Part shown: positions 38,282 to 49,342 of the stretch, one piece after another | Numbering within the stretch: position 1 is the stretch's first letter | How the letters are laid out: each line of letters opens with the position of its first letter | NCBI GenBank assembly: GCA_963701075.1 | Contig: OY969559.1 | Location: forward strand, 928,001 to 992,000 | Source of the DNA: an uncultured Nitrososphaerota archaeon | GTDB taxonomy: Archaea; Thermoproteota; Nitrososphaeria; Nitrososphaerales; Nitrosopumilaceae | Direction: 5' to 3' | Length of the DNA stretch: 64,000 nucleotides | Notes under the pieces: model-generated | The model's database searches: none | The model's input: the letters and a program-made list of their open reading frames with translations, nothing else | What the model was told of the DNA's origin: nothing | Program-made: the position numbers and the translations under genes

Positions 38282-39547
38282 CTAATTTCGCCTGTTATTT
38301 TTGTACCTGTATCTATCTAGTTTTATTAATTCTTGATAAGAGCCAAATCGGTTGACATCTTCCACTTTGTCAAGCATATCTTCTTCTTCGCCTGAATTGA
38401 ACCTCTTGATTATCTTATATCTTGTTGTTCTCTGGGCAGGGATCCTTCCTATCTCTCTTACAAGATGCCTTATTTCACGTGGTCTTATGATCTGACCGTG
38501 ACCTGCTCCTGCGGCAGTTGAGATGCTCTCATTGATGAGGGTTCCTCCAAAATCATTGGCGCCACATGTTAGCAATAGCTGTGACATGTTGGTGCCTTCT
38601 TTGACCCATGATGTCTGAATGTTATTGATGCAGTTGTTTAACATGATGCGTGAAATGGCATGCGTCAATATGACATCTCTTCCATCAGCTCCGCTCTTTA
38701 TTCCGTCATGCAGTTTTTCCTTAAACATGGGAGCTTCAGTATGAATGAAATTCAATGGAACAAATTCAGTAAAGCCACCAGTTTCCTTTTGTATGTCTCG
38801 AAGGATACCGATGTGCTTTGCTCTATCTTCCGGTGTTTCAAGGTGCCCAAACATCATGGTAGATGTAGATGGAATTCCCATCTTGTGAGCTGTCTTTATT
38901 ACCTCAATCCATTTTTTCACACTGATTCTTCCAGGTGAAATTTTATCGCGCAGTGATTGATCCAAGATCTCTGCAGCAGTACCAGGGAGTGAGTTTACTC
39001 CAGCATCCTTTAACCTTTGTAAATATTCCTGAATCGAAAGACTTGATCTAGTCGCACCATAGAGAACTTCTTCTGGTGAAAAACCATGTATGTGAATGTC
39101 TCTAATCTCTTTTTTTATTGACTTGCAGATATTCTCATAAGTACCTCCATCCATATCGGGGGGAAGCCCTGCTTGTACACATACCTCGGTTGCACCAAGT
39201 GCGCTTGCCTCCTTTGCTCTCTTTACTATTTCCTCTATTGGTAAAAAATATCCCTCCTCTTCACGAAAGTCTCTACTAAATGCACAAAAGCCGCACTGTT
39301 TGATACAGACATTGGTAAAGTTGATGTTTCTATTCACAACATAAGTGACTATCTCTCCTACACGTCTCTTGCGAAGCTCATCTGCTACCATGACCACAAG
39401 ATGAAAGTCTATTCCATTTGCAGAAAATAATCTTGTAGCTTCCGGTATAGTTACTTCTTTTTCTCCTAGGGCTCTGTCTAACGTCTCTGCAATAAAAGGA
39501 TCAGCATGCCTGAGAAGAGAATCAAAAAGGGCCGTCTGTATTTTCAT
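38282..39547 (-). CDS. cofH: FO synthase subunit 2
   Basis: NRNINFTNVCIKQCGFCAF, PGTAAEIL, GANDFGGTL. Confidence 0.95.
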   Translation of the reverse strand: MKIQTALFDSLLRHADPFIAETLDRALGEKEVTIPEATRLFSANGIDFHLVVMVADELRKRRVGEIVTYVVNRNINFTNVCIKQCGFCAFSRDFREEEGYFLPIEEIVKRAKEASALGATEVCVQAGLPPDMDGGTYENICKSIKKEIRDIHIHGFSPEEVLYGATRSSLSIQEYLQRLKDAGVNSLPGTAAEILDQSLRDKISPGRISVKKWIEVIKTAHKMGIPSTSTMMFGHLETPEDRAKHIGILRDIQKETGGFTEFVPLNFIHTEAPMFKEKLHDGIKSGADGRDVILTHAISRIMLNNCINNIQTSWVKEGTNMSQLLLTCGANDFGGTLINESISTAAGAGHGQIIRPREIRHLVREIGRIPAQRTTRYKIIKRFNSGEEEDMLDKVEDVNRFGSYQELIKLDRYRYKNNRRN

Positions 39548-40713
39548 TTCAGGTACTCCTTATTTACAAGACAACTAGAGTCAGCAATCTCTAGCATCTT
39601 AGATCTCAAACTAGAATTCACCATGGGGAAGAACTCGGGATAGACTGGAAATCGTGCCCTAAGCTCAAATCCTGCATTTTCACAATTTTTCTGCACAGTA
39701 TCAATTGAAGGCCAAGAAAACTCAGGATTTACATAATCTGGAGTTATTGGAGATATTCCTCCCCAGTCATTTATGCCAGTTTGAAGAAAATCTTGGTAAG
39801 AACTAGGAGATAGATTTGGCGGAATTTGTATATTCATTTCTGGCATAATTAATCTAGTCAAAGCAACAATAGTCTTGAAATATCTTTCTTCTGGTCCAGG
39901 TACGTTTTGCATCATAGTATTGGGCTTTGGTTGAAAGTTTTGCAATATTATTTCTTGAATGTGACCATATTTTTGATGAATCGATTTTATGGCAAAGATG
40001 GAGTCAATTATCTCAAAGGGGCTCTCACCAATTCCTATCAAGAGTCCAGTTGTCATTGGTATGGACAGCTCACCGGCGTTCTCTAATACGTGAATTCTGG
40101 CTCTTGGCTTCTTGCTTGGTGCAAATTCGTGAGGCATGTCTTTTTTTCCAAGTCTCTCGCTTGAGTTTTCAAGCATCACTCCAAGGCTTGGATTAGTCTT
40201 TCTGAGTTGGCTCATCTCAGATTTTGTTAGATTTCCAGCATTGGTGTGTGGAAACAGTCCTGCATTCAACGCTATTTCTGATGCATGAATGAGATATTCT
40301 GCAGTACTTGCAAAGCCATTTTCTTTAAGCCACATTCTGGCTTCGTCATATTTCTGCTCTGGTCTTTCGCCTGTGACAAATAATGCCTCTGTACACTTGT
40401 GATTACTTCCTACGGACGCAAGATTTGAGATATCTTGCTTTGACATCATGGATGTTTTGGATTCCCGTGGTTCTGACTTGTAAGTACAATAAGAACAAGT
40501 ATCTCGGCAGAGATTGATCAAATTAAAAAAAACTTTTCTTGAGTACGTGACAATTCTTCCCTTGTTTTTATCTCTGAGAATCTGTGATGCTTTATAAATC
40601 TCAAATGTACTGCTTTCTGATTCCTGATAAATCTGATATGCGTCAGTATTTGTAATTTCTTTCCCGTCGAATACTTTGTTTAATAATTCAGAATTTAGAA
40701 CTATCTCGCTCAA
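39544..40713 (-). CDS. cofG: FO synthase subunit 1
   Basis: LCRDTCSYCTY, IQIPPNL, GINDWGGISP. Confidence 0.95.
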   Translation of the reverse strand: MSEIVLNSELLNKVFDGKEITNTDAYQIYQESESSTFEIYKASQILRDKNKGRIVTYSRKVFFNLINLCRDTCSYCTYKSEPRESKTSMMSKQDISNLASVGSNHKCTEALFVTGERPEQKYDEARMWLKENGFASTAEYLIHASEIALNAGLFPHTNAGNLTKSEMSQLRKTNPSLGVMLENSSERLGKKDMPHEFAPSKKPRARIHVLENAGELSIPMTTGLLIGIGESPFEIIDSIFAIKSIHQKYGHIQEIILQNFQPKPNTMMQNVPGPEERYFKTIVALTRLIMPEMNIQIPPNLSPSSYQDFLQTGINDWGGISPITPDYVNPEFSWPSIDTVQKNCENAGFELRARFPVYPEFFPMVNSSLRSKMLEIADSSCLVNKEYLK

Positions 40714-40753
40714 CTAGTTTTGTAGCTTAGGGGGGGTTGTATTTATTCTTGTA

Positions 40754-41878
40754 CTAGAACTGACTTGGTCTTTCCTGAAGAGTAAGAGTAATCTGCATGG
40801 TTTTACCATCGCGAATTATTGTCAGAGTCATATTGTCGCCCACTGCCTTTTGATCCTGCAGATAGTTGAGCAAATCTTCTATTTTTTGAATAGGGTGACC
40901 ATCAGCTGCTATTATGATGTCTCCGCCTATTTGATACTGTGTACCGTTGATGGTTTTTGTTTCCTTGTATCCGTGAACCCCTGCCTTTGCAGCTGAACTA
41001 TTTGGAACTACCGTATTAACCATGAAACCAGACGAGACTGGCAATTGTAAAGTACTGGATAAGTCTGGGTCTACACTTATCCCAGTTATGCCAAGCCATG
41101 GATGTTCATAGTGGCCAGTTTGTATGAGAACGGGAACTATTTTTTTCATGGTATTTGATGGAATCGAAAAACCTATGCCAGAAAATTCTCCCGTCTCAGA
41201 CTGGATTGCGGTATTTATGCCAATTACTTCTCCTTGCATATTAAGAAGAGGACCTCCAGAATTGCCTGGATTTATTGGTGTGTCTGTCTGAATAACATTT
41301 GGTATAGAAAAGGAACTATTTGGAGGATCAAGAAGTCTACCTAACTGACTTACTATTCCAGATGTTATTGAACCACTAAGGCCGAAAGGATTTCCAATTG
41401 CAGCTACTTGGTCTCCAATTCTAAGATCAGACGAATTTCCAAGTGGCAAAGGGTGTAAAACATATGTATCGGGTACTACTTTGACAACTGCAAGATCAGC
41501 ATATGGATCTGTGCCAACTATTGTAGCTGGTAATGACTCTCCATCATGAAAAACAACTCGAATCTTGGTGCTATCTTGTACCACGTGATTGTTTGTTATG
41601 ATGTGACCGCTTGTATCGTAAACAATTCCTGAACCAAGATCTCTTTCAGGTAAAGAACCGTTTGATTTGTCAACTATTATTTGAACCACGCCTTGATCAG
41701 ACTGGGCAAAAAGATCAGCCAAGCTCAGTTGGGAATCTTTCACGGTTTGATCGAATGGGTTACTCTGAACTATCTGATGTGAACCATCAAGTTTGAATGG
41801 AGATGCAACAAAAATGGATATCAAAGCTAATACTACTACGCAATACATTCCACCTAAAACGGCACTAGTCTTATCCAA
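40754..41878 (-). CDS. HtrA/DegP-type serine protease with PDZ domain
   Basis: TNNHVV, DLAVV, INPGNSGGPL. Confidence 0.95.
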   Translation of the reverse strand: MDKTSAVLGGMYCVVVLALISIFVASPFKLDGSHQIVQSNPFDQTVKDSQLSLADLFAQSDQGVVQIIVDKSNGSLPERDLGSGIVYDTSGHIITNNHVVQDSTKIRVVFHDGESLPATIVGTDPYADLAVVKVVPDTYVLHPLPLGNSSDLRIGDQVAAIGNPFGLSGSITSGIVSQLGRLLDPPNSSFSIPNVIQTDTPINPGNSGGPLLNMQGEVIGINTAIQSETGEFSGIGFSIPSNTMKKIVPVLIQTGHYEHPWLGITGISVDPDLSSTLQLPVSSGFMVNTVVPNSSAAKAGVHGYKETKTINGTQYQIGGDIIIAADGHPIQKIEDLLNYLQDQKAVGDNMTLTIIRDGKTMQITLTLQERPSQF

Positions 41879-42006
41879 GGATGTGGATTATAGTTGGTAG
41901 TCATATAATATTTTGTTTCGCGCAATAAAACTCGAAAAATGTTGGAATTGCTGGGTTTTATCAGATTGTGATGATTACAGTTTAACTGAAGACATTTAAT
42001 TAATTG

Positions 42007-42918
42007 CTAATTTTGATGAACTTTTTCAACATTCTTACTTTCTTTTGTGACAAGATAGATACCTGTTAACATTAACGCAATAGCCAAAATCTGATACCAC
42101 CCAATTTTTTCATGTAAAAATATCGATGCAAACAGCAAACCAAATACCGTACCAGTAGAATAAATTAACATGGTTTTTACAGTCCCTATTCTTCTAAGGC
42201 TGTGTAAAAATAGGTAGAGCGAGATACCGAAACCTACCATTCCGACTAGAAGTATATTTGGAATTTCCATGAGTGTGATATTCACTGGAATCTTGATAGC
42301 TAGCGCAAAAACAAAGAGTATACTGCCTCCAATGAGACCCTTGAGCTGTACTAGTCTTGAAATATCAACGCGTTGCGCTGCTATCTTGCTTATATTATTA
42401 TCCAATGCCCACAGTGACATTGACAATATTATCAGCACGTTACCTTCATTTTTTAGGTTTGAAAGAAAGCCTGAAAACTGAAGATTTGTTGTAACAATAA
42501 CCACGCCAGTCAGAACCAACGCTACAGCTAGATAACCACGTGGCCTGAGTTTCTCTTTGAAAAATATCAACGCAAAAAGAACTGTAAATATGGTCTCTGA
42601 ATTGGACAAGATTGCAGTATCTGAGGCAGTTGTTTGTTCAAGTCCTATGAAAAATAAACTTGGCGCCAATACTGCGCCTGATATAGTTATTGCAAGTATG
42701 AGTGGCCAATCATTTGATCTAACCTGAAATCCTTTTACCTTGTAGGATAAAGGAACAGAAACAAGTGAAGCCAGCAAGTATACTAATGCAGCATACATCA
42801 AAGGATTTGTATTTACTAGTACAGGCTTGGAAGCAGTAGAGATCGACCCCACCAGAACAGCACACAGAACAGCTGACGCATATCCTATCCTTGTAGACTT
42901 GATGTTTGATTGGGCCAA
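42007..42918 (-). CDS. EamA/DMT transporter
   Basis: 10 TM, two EamA repeats. Confidence 0.9.
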   Translation of the reverse strand: MAQSNIKSTRIGYASAVLCAVLVGSISTASKPVLVNTNPLMYAALVYLLASLVSVPLSYKVKGFQVRSNDWPLILAITISGAVLAPSLFFIGLEQTTASDTAILSNSETIFTVLFALIFFKEKLRPRGYLAVALVLTGVVIVTTNLQFSGFLSNLKNEGNVLIILSMSLWALDNNISKIAAQRVDISRLVQLKGLIGGSILFVFALAIKIPVNITLMEIPNILLVGMVGFGISLYLFLHSLRRIGTVKTMLIYSTGTVFGLLFASIFLHEKIGWYQILAIALMLTGIYLVTKESKNVEKVHQN

Positions 42919-43015
42919 TGTGGTTTAAGAAATCTGAGGGTATCTAAACTTCTTTCTTATTTGTCAAGACAAAACTAAATTATTTCTCAACTCTTATTTC
43001 CTTACACTGGTTCAC

Positions 43016-44224
43016 TTACAAACTAATAGAGTTTTGAGTAGTGTCTATCATTGAATATGTCCTGCCTCTCCAAGTTACAGCCTTGTTACTTTTTGCATTT
43101 AAAATCCCACTTGCAAATCCTCCGACAATTATGGAACTTCCAAGAGGTGAACATAAGGCATACTTGGCAGAAAGTCCCAATCCCTTTGTGGCGTCCATAG
43201 TGCTTGCAAGATAAACAAGACCTACTGTAATCAATGACACTACAAACAGTATTGTAAATGACAAGGACAGGGGTTCGAAGATTGCAGAATAAGCAAGAAT
43301 CGGGAACGGCATAAACAACAAAAACAGTATTGCAATAAAGATTCCAATAGCAATACCGCTTGTTTGAAGATACAATGGGGTCATCAGTCGTTTTAATGCA
43401 TGCCATAGTGTTGACCAGTCTCTTGCCCAAACCGCCTCGACTAGATGCTCACCGCGAACCATCTTCATCTTAAACCCTGCTTCCTTTACTTTTCTGCCAA
43501 GTGCCCCGTCTTCAACTATCTCACTTTTTACACCTTCATGTGTACCAACTTTTTCATACGTATCTCTTCTCATGATGAAAAAACTACCAAAAAAATAACC
43601 TGTCTTTTTTGACGAATCGTTTACACGAAGAGCAGAAAATCTTGTATGCAAAAATGTTGATAGTACAGGCAAGGTGATCTTTGTCCATATGTCAAGACAG
43701 AGCATCTTTGGAATTACAGTCAAGGCATCCAAACCATAGCTTAGAAGATGTGACACAGAAAGAGAAATGGTACTTCGTGAATGTATCGTATCTGCATCTG
43801 TGAAAAGCAACAGTTCACCTGTAACTCTCTTGAAACCCTCTACACATGCCCAATTTTTTCCCATCCACTTCTCAGGCTTGGGTGCTGCAAGAACATACTT
43901 TATTTTTGGATTGCTCTGAGAAATCTTCTTAATTATTTCGCCTGTTTTATCGTCTGATCTGTCATCGATCGCAATTATCTCATAATTTTCATAGTCTTGA
44001 TCAATTAGCGAGTTTAGGCATTTATCGATGAAACCTTCTTCATTTCTTGCGGGTAAAATAACAGAAACTTTTGGGGTACCGTGTGGCTTTGGGTCAAACT
44101 TGTCTAAGAATGGAGAGTCGCGAAAGGTAATCCACATAGATCTGATTAAAAGAATCCACGTCAGTGAAACCCCTGACAGTATTGCAGCTAGAGTATAATT
44201 GAGCACATCTATGGCAATATTCAT
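43016..44224 (-). CDS. glycosyltransferase family 2, membrane-bound
   Basis: PARNEE, DDRSDD, WMGKNWAC, FTDAD, VEDGALG, WRGR. Confidence 0.92.
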   Translation of the reverse strand: MNIAIDVLNYTLAAILSGVSLTWILLIRSMWITFRDSPFLDKFDPKPHGTPKVSVILPARNEEGFIDKCLNSLIDQDYENYEIIAIDDRSDDKTGEIIKKISQSNPKIKYVLAAPKPEKWMGKNWACVEGFKRVTGELLLFTDADTIHSRSTISLSVSHLLSYGLDALTVIPKMLCLDIWTKITLPVLSTFLHTRFSALRVNDSSKKTGYFFGSFFIMRRDTYEKVGTHEGVKSEIVEDGALGRKVKEAGFKMKMVRGEHLVEAVWARDWSTLWHALKRLMTPLYLQTSGIAIGIFIAILFLLFMPFPILAYSAIFEPLSLSFTILFVVSLITVGLVYLASTMDATKGLGLSAKYALCSPLGSSIIVGGFASGILNAKSNKAVTWRGRTYSMIDTTQNSISL

Positions 44225-44231
44225 CGGGGGG

Positions 44232-44648
44232 TTATCTCTCGATTTCTTCTTTGATACTTTGAAGAGCCTGTTCGGTTCCACTCTGAATGTGTTTTTTGAT
44301 CATGCCGGTAAACATTCCCATCATACCTGAAAGTTTGATGTCCCAAACAGCCTCGACCTTCGTTTTCTCTCCCTGTGGAGATATCAGCACTGTTTTTGTT
44401 CCTTGAATGATTCCCTTTGTAAATTGAACATGGATCTTTTCCTTGGGATAAATGGTAACAGTCTGCATGCATTTTGAATCCTTAAAGGCAATAGTAACCT
44501 CTCGATTTACTGTATTGCCTTCTTTTGATATGTTTCGTATCTCCTTGGTTCCCTTCCAGAATTTTGGCTCTGAATCGAGATCTGATACAGTATTCCAGAC
44601 TTTATCAAGTGGGGCGTTGATCTCAATTGAAGCTTGAATCTCAGCCAT
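44232..44648 (-). CDS. SRPBCC/START-like protein
   Basis: IEINAPLDKVW...PKFW. Confidence 0.9.
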   Translation of the reverse strand: MAEIQASIEINAPLDKVWNTVSDLDSEPKFWKGTKEIRNISKEGNTVNREVTIAFKDSKCMQTVTIYPKEKIHVQFTKGIIQGTKTVLISPQGEKTKVEAVWDIKLSGMMGMFTGMIKKHIQSGTEQALQSIKEEIER

Positions 44649-44808
44649 GTCTTGAGGGGTGCTGTCTTCCTATTTATTATATTTTATATCTCATCTGACT
44701 CTGCTGTCAGAGACATCGTGCTATCACGCATTCATTTTCATCATGAGTGTCGTATACATCAAATCCGATGGGAGAAAATGTAATTGAAAAGAGTTTAAGC
44801 ATTATAAC

Positions 44809-45825
44809 TTAGGTTTCTTCAGATTGAGAACTATTGGGTATTATCATTTGGATCGCTGAATTCATAGATTTTTCGGGACAACTCATCTTTAAATTCAATT
44901 TATCTGGCATTTTTATGTCTAACAATTCTCGTAATCCCTTACATCTGTTTCTTATTGTAACTTCTGTAACTCCAGCTGCTAAAGCGATAACCTTTTGTGT
45001 TGTATCTTCTTTGTTTATGACACATGAAAGATACAATGCGGCTGCAGCTAGCCCCATAGGATCCTTTCCTGCTGTAATCTCCATCTTATTTGCATCTTCT
45101 AAAATTGTAAGAGCTCGTCGTTTTACTTTTTCACTTAGACCTGCCTGGCTTGATATTCGTGACATACATTTTATGGGATCTAATACGGGCATTTTCAGAT
45201 CGAGTTCTTTTAAGAGTAGCCTGTAACATCTTGACACATCTTTTCTTTTTATGTTGATTTGGCGTGCCACCTCATTCAATGTTCTTGGAGTACCAGTGTC
45301 TCTGCATGCCAAGTACATTGCTGCAGCAATCAGTCCCGGAATCGATCTACCTCTTGCAAGATTTTTCTCTAATGCTTTTCTGTAAATGTATGCGGTCTTT
45401 TCAACCACAGAATCCGATAATGCAAGTTTGTCTTTCATTCTGCTAAGCTCGCTGAATGCCTGCCTAAAGTTTCTCTCTTGTGATTCATGGACTTGACTCC
45501 TGCTGTCCCATGTTCTAAGACGTGTTATAGTGCTCTTCATTGATATTGAAAGCGGTTTTCCAGTTGCGTCCTTATTATCATGTCCTATCATTGTTGCAAG
45601 ACCCATGTCGTGGATTGCAAGAGACGATGGCCCGCCTGTTCTCGATCTATCTTCATGTTCATCTTTTGAGAATGAACGTCTCTCAGGACCAGAATCTTCT
45701 ATTTGTTCATCAATGACAAAACCGCATACTCCACAAAACCTCTCTCCGGTGGAACCATCCGTTACCATGGCACTCTTTCCACAGCGAGCACATTTCATAT
45801 GCGAGTCAGAATCAAGAGAAAGCAT
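44809..45825 (-). CDS. tfb: transcription factor TFB (TFIIB) paralogue
   Basis: CARCG..GERFCGVCG, RSRTG, HDMGLAT, GKDPMGLAAA, VTEVTIRNR. Confidence 0.95.
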   Translation of the reverse strand: MLSLDSDSHMKCARCGKSAMVTDGSTGERFCGVCGFVIDEQIEDSGPERRSFSKDEHEDRSRTGGPSSLAIHDMGLATMIGHDNKDATGKPLSISMKSTITRLRTWDSRSQVHESQERNFRQAFSELSRMKDKLALSDSVVEKTAYIYRKALEKNLARGRSIPGLIAAAMYLACRDTGTPRTLNEVARQINIKRKDVSRCYRLLLKELDLKMPVLDPIKCMSRISSQAGLSEKVKRRALTILEDANKMEITAGKDPMGLAAAALYLSCVINKEDTTQKVIALAAGVTEVTIRNRCKGLRELLDIKMPDKLNLKMSCPEKSMNSAIQMIIPNSSQSEET

Positions 45826-46079
45826 CAGTTTATCACGATATTATACGTCTGTCAAGCAATAAGAACGATGGTATTGCACGTTTTTTATTTTCATAAGTTA
45901 TAATCAAATTTCAACAAAAATGAAGAGTTCTATTTTGATAGAACTGCAGTGACGATTCCGACTCCAATAATTTCTGGACCATTTCTCTTAAGTGATGTTA
46001 CTAGCGTAAACTCATAGCAACTAGATCGTTGAACTAAGATTTAAACGGAGGTCACTAGTTTTGATAACTGGTCCATAGC

Positions 46080-46184
46080 TCATCGGCTCTTGTCCCAATG
46101 ACAATCACAATTACATCCTTCCTTGCATTTTACTCTTTTACAATCCGAACACAAGTCTTGCCTCGAAAAATGGCTTCTTTCCAT
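46080..46184 (-). CDS. Cys-rich metallothionein-like micro-protein (copy 2)
   Basis: MERSHFSRQDLCSDCKRVKCKEGCNCDCHWDKSR. Confidence 0.75.
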   Translation of the reverse strand: MERSHFSRQDLCSDCKRVKCKEGCNCDCHWDKSR

Positions 46185-46235
46185 GAAATTATTAGCACGT
46201 GACGCTACTTAAGACAGCTGAACTGGCAGTAAAAC

Positions 46236-47036
46236 TCAATTTATTATCCTTGACATTACATCAGATGGGTGTTCAACAGTCAGGCCTCTTTTAGCAAAGA
46301 ATCTTGAAATATTTGTGATATCTCTTTGAAGAAATTCTTTTGCATTTCTGTGTCGTATATCAACGGCTGATCCTAGATCAAAAAGAATCAACCCATTTTC
46401 TGTTTTGAAAATATTGTATTCTGAGAAATCAGCATGTACAAGTTCGGCTTTTTTGTAAAGCTGAGAAATAATTGAAATTGCATCTCTGTAATCATTTTCA
46501 TCAATTTCTGATTCTACAAGAGTTTTTGCTGGAACGCCATTTTTTCCTACAAATTCTAACACCAAGACATTTTTTAGAACGCGAATTGGTTTGATTGAGG
46601 GAATGCCACTTTTAACACATTGGGTTAGGTTACGAAATTCTTTTTGTGCCCAAAGCTCTACCATATTCCTTGTCCCTTTTTTAATGCGAGAAAATCTTGG
46701 GTCATCCACAAGGTATGGCTTTCTTTTTTTAAAAGTTGAAGCTGTTACTAGATATATCTTGAGAGCAACATCCTTCCCATCATTGTCCACAGCCCAATAC
46801 ATCTTGGCTTCCTTGCCAGAGCCAACTACCCCATTGACATATGATATGGTGCCTGAATTTATCAACTTGGACAGAGTCATTATTGAGGTCTTGTCCAGAA
46901 CGTCGTCCATGACCTTTTTTTTATCAAAGACGCCTTTCTCTGATACTCCGCGTCTTTCATTTTTTAAAAGTTGATTATCAACACGTCTTGCTAATTTTTT
47001 TCCAAGATCATCTGATGATAGTGTGATTTCTGACAT
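46236..47036 (-). CDS. rio1: RIO1 serine/threonine kinase
   Basis: GSGKEA, ALKIY, WAQKEFRNL, LVHADFSEYNI. Confidence 0.95.
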   Translation of the reverse strand: MSEITLSSDDLGKKLARRVDNQLLKNERRGVSEKGVFDKKKVMDDVLDKTSIMTLSKLINSGTISYVNGVVGSGKEAKMYWAVDNDGKDVALKIYLVTASTFKKRKPYLVDDPRFSRIKKGTRNMVELWAQKEFRNLTQCVKSGIPSIKPIRVLKNVLVLEFVGKNGVPAKTLVESEIDENDYRDAISIISQLYKKAELVHADFSEYNIFKTENGLILFDLGSAVDIRHRNAKEFLQRDITNISRFFAKRGLTVEHPSDVMSRIIN

Positions 47037-47098
47037 CTATTGTATACGGGTTCAGCACTAATAACAGTATGTAAAGAACATCATTCGTGGTGCCGTAA

Positions 47099-47323
47099 TT
47101 AGAGAATCTTCTCATGTCGATACCTGTTTTTGATGTATCTGGTATGATATTGTCCATGGGATAAAACGGATTTCATCAACCCATCGTAGATCTTTTTTGG
47201 CACACCAAAGTACTGATAGACTCCACCATGATGAAATTCTATTTCCAATATTTGCATTGATTCATCATAGCCAACTGACTTTAGATCATTGGACTTGATT
47301 CGCATTCTGTCCACACTTGTCAT
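47099..47323 (-). CDS. KTSC domain protein
   Basis: SVGYD...LEIEF..GGVYQY.GVP. Confidence 0.9.
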   Translation of the reverse strand: MTSVDRMRIKSNDLKSVGYDESMQILEIEFHHGGVYQYFGVPKKIYDGLMKSVLSHGQYHTRYIKNRYRHEKIL

Positions 47324-47496
47324 ATGTCATGGAATCATCTAAATCATTGGTTCAAATCATATGACACCCACCTACTATTTTGGATCATCGCATCCTCATG
47401 TTATGGATCTGGAATGAAGACTACAAATCATGTGCAAACTAGTAGGTTTGATGTATGCTTCGAAATCAATTTTAATGAGGCAGAAAAAGACTTTCT

Positions 47497-47823
47497 GTGG
47501 ATACTGCAACTTATGATGATTTTGCTAAATTAGACATTCGTGTGGCAAAAATAATTGAAGTAGAAAGGATCCCTGGCAAGTCCAAAATCATAAAGGGCAC
47601 TATAGATTTAGGTGAAGAAAAAAGGCAAGTAATAATCGGCGGTGCAGAATATTATCAACCCGAAGAACTGATAAACAAAAAAGTCATAGTAATATCGAAT
47701 TTGGAACCACGAAAAATTGCCGGCGTAGAGTCTAACGCAATGCTTTTGGCTGCAGACCTAAACGACAGACCTTTTTGGCTTACTGTGAATGAAGACGTCC
47801 CACTTGGCACGAAGATAAAGTAG
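47497..47823 (+). CDS. tRNA-binding OB-fold protein (Trbp111/CsaA/MetRS C-terminal-like)
   Basis: FAKLDIRVAKI, NLEPRKIAGVESNAMLLAA. Confidence 0.92.
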   Translation: MDTATYDDFAKLDIRVAKIIEVERIPGKSKIIKGTIDLGEEKRQVIIGGAEYYQPEELINKKVIVISNLEPRKIAGVESNAMLLAADLNDRPFWLTVNEDVPLGTKIK

Positions 47824-47842
47824 ATGCCTAATTCCTAGTATT

Positions 47843-49264
47843 CTATTGGATGACTTTCTTACCTGGGTTGAGAGTATTGGTAGGGTCAAAGAACTGCTTT
47901 ATTTTTTTAAAAACTGAATAGGTGTCACTTCCATATTGTAGTTTTACAAACTCTGATCTTGCAAGGCCATCTCCGTGTTCCCCTGTTATGGTGCCACCTA
48001 TGCTTATAACGCCCGAGAAAAATTCTAGTGCAATTTTCTTGATTAGACCCTTGTCTTTCTTCTTTAAAATTGGTCTAATGTGTAAATTGCCATTGCCGGC
48101 ATGACCATAGATGATCACTCTCATGGGGTATTGAGATATTAAATATTTGACTAAATCAAGTAGGAGAGGCAGTCTATGTACTGGTACTGTAGCATCTTCT
48201 ATTATGGAAGAGACTATTTCCTGTTTTGAAATGCTCTTCAAACTGTATGATAATGCAGAGTTTCTATAATTCCACCATTGGGCTATCTGATTGTATCTTG
48301 TGGTAGACAAAATTGTTTTACCAGATGATATTTGTTGAACCGCGATTCTCTTTTTTGATACTCTATTATCAAACTCTACAAAGAGAAGACATTTTGTATT
48401 GTTTGGCATCTTGTGTTCGATATGTTGAATGATATTGTAATCGATTATCTCTACTGCGGACGGCCCAAGTTTTAGAATTTTTGGCACGTCAATGACTGCT
48501 TCCTTTAGTGTCTTGTATGCAATTATTATGAGAACAGCTTGTTTTGGAAGCAAGAAAGTTTTGAGCTTGGCCGATGTGATTATTCCAAGAGTTCCCTCAG
48601 AACCCGCCATGATTTTTTGCACATCTGAATATGACGTAACTTTGTCAATTCTGTAACCACAAGAATTCTTTGATACGCACGGAAATCGCTTTTGGGTTTG
48701 CAGTCTTGTCATTCCGAGAATTTTTTTTGTTATGTGACCTTTCTTGGGAAGAACCACGATATTTCCCTTGGATGTAACCATTCTTGTCTGAATCAAGTTA
48801 TCTATGGTGCTACCGTACTTTAATGAGTGACTCCCACTTGCGTTGGTTCCTATCATTCCACCTATGGTGCAGAATGGTCCAATTGATGGATTTGGACCAA
48901 AAAATTTTCCATGTTTTCTCAGTATATTATCTAGTTCTCCCTTGAAAACTCCGCTTCCAGTTTGTACAAATCCTCGTCCAATCTTGATTTTATCAAAATG
49001 TTTCATGTCTAAAATGATTCCAGTTCCAAGATCTCCCCCAACAAGTCCAGTACCAGCACCTCTTGGCGTAACGGAAATTTTATGGCGAGAAGCAAATCTA
49101 AGAATTCTAATAACATCTTTTTCATTCTTGGGAAACGCTATTGCAGACGGTCTTACGATGTAAGAACTGGCATCTACTGAATAAAGATCTAATGTTTGTT
49201 TATCAAACGATATCCTGCAGGTTACTGTTTTTGTAAGTTTTTTACCTATCTGGCTTGACAGCAT
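47843..49264 (-). CDS. FAD-linked oxidoreductase (GlcD/D-lactate dehydrogenase family)
   Basis: PRGAGTGL, GSEGTLGII, GHAGNGNLH, GEHGDG, LNPGK. Confidence 0.93.
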   Translation of the reverse strand: MLSSQIGKKLTKTVTCRISFDKQTLDLYSVDASSYIVRPSAIAFPKNEKDVIRILRFASRHKISVTPRGAGTGLVGGDLGTGIILDMKHFDKIKIGRGFVQTGSGVFKGELDNILRKHGKFFGPNPSIGPFCTIGGMIGTNASGSHSLKYGSTIDNLIQTRMVTSKGNIVVLPKKGHITKKILGMTRLQTQKRFPCVSKNSCGYRIDKVTSYSDVQKIMAGSEGTLGIITSAKLKTFLLPKQAVLIIIAYKTLKEAVIDVPKILKLGPSAVEIIDYNIIQHIEHKMPNNTKCLLFVEFDNRVSKKRIAVQQISSGKTILSTTRYNQIAQWWNYRNSALSYSLKSISKQEIVSSIIEDATVPVHRLPLLLDLVKYLISQYPMRVIIYGHAGNGNLHIRPILKKKDKGLIKKIALEFFSGVISIGGTITGEHGDGLARSEFVKLQYGSDTYSVFKKIKQFFDPTNTLNPGKKVIQ

Positions 49265-49342
49265 GTTCTTTCTTGATATCTTGAGTTAAAAACAATTTCA
49301 ATTTCTCACAAAGATTTAATTTAGATTGTATAAGCTTTTTCC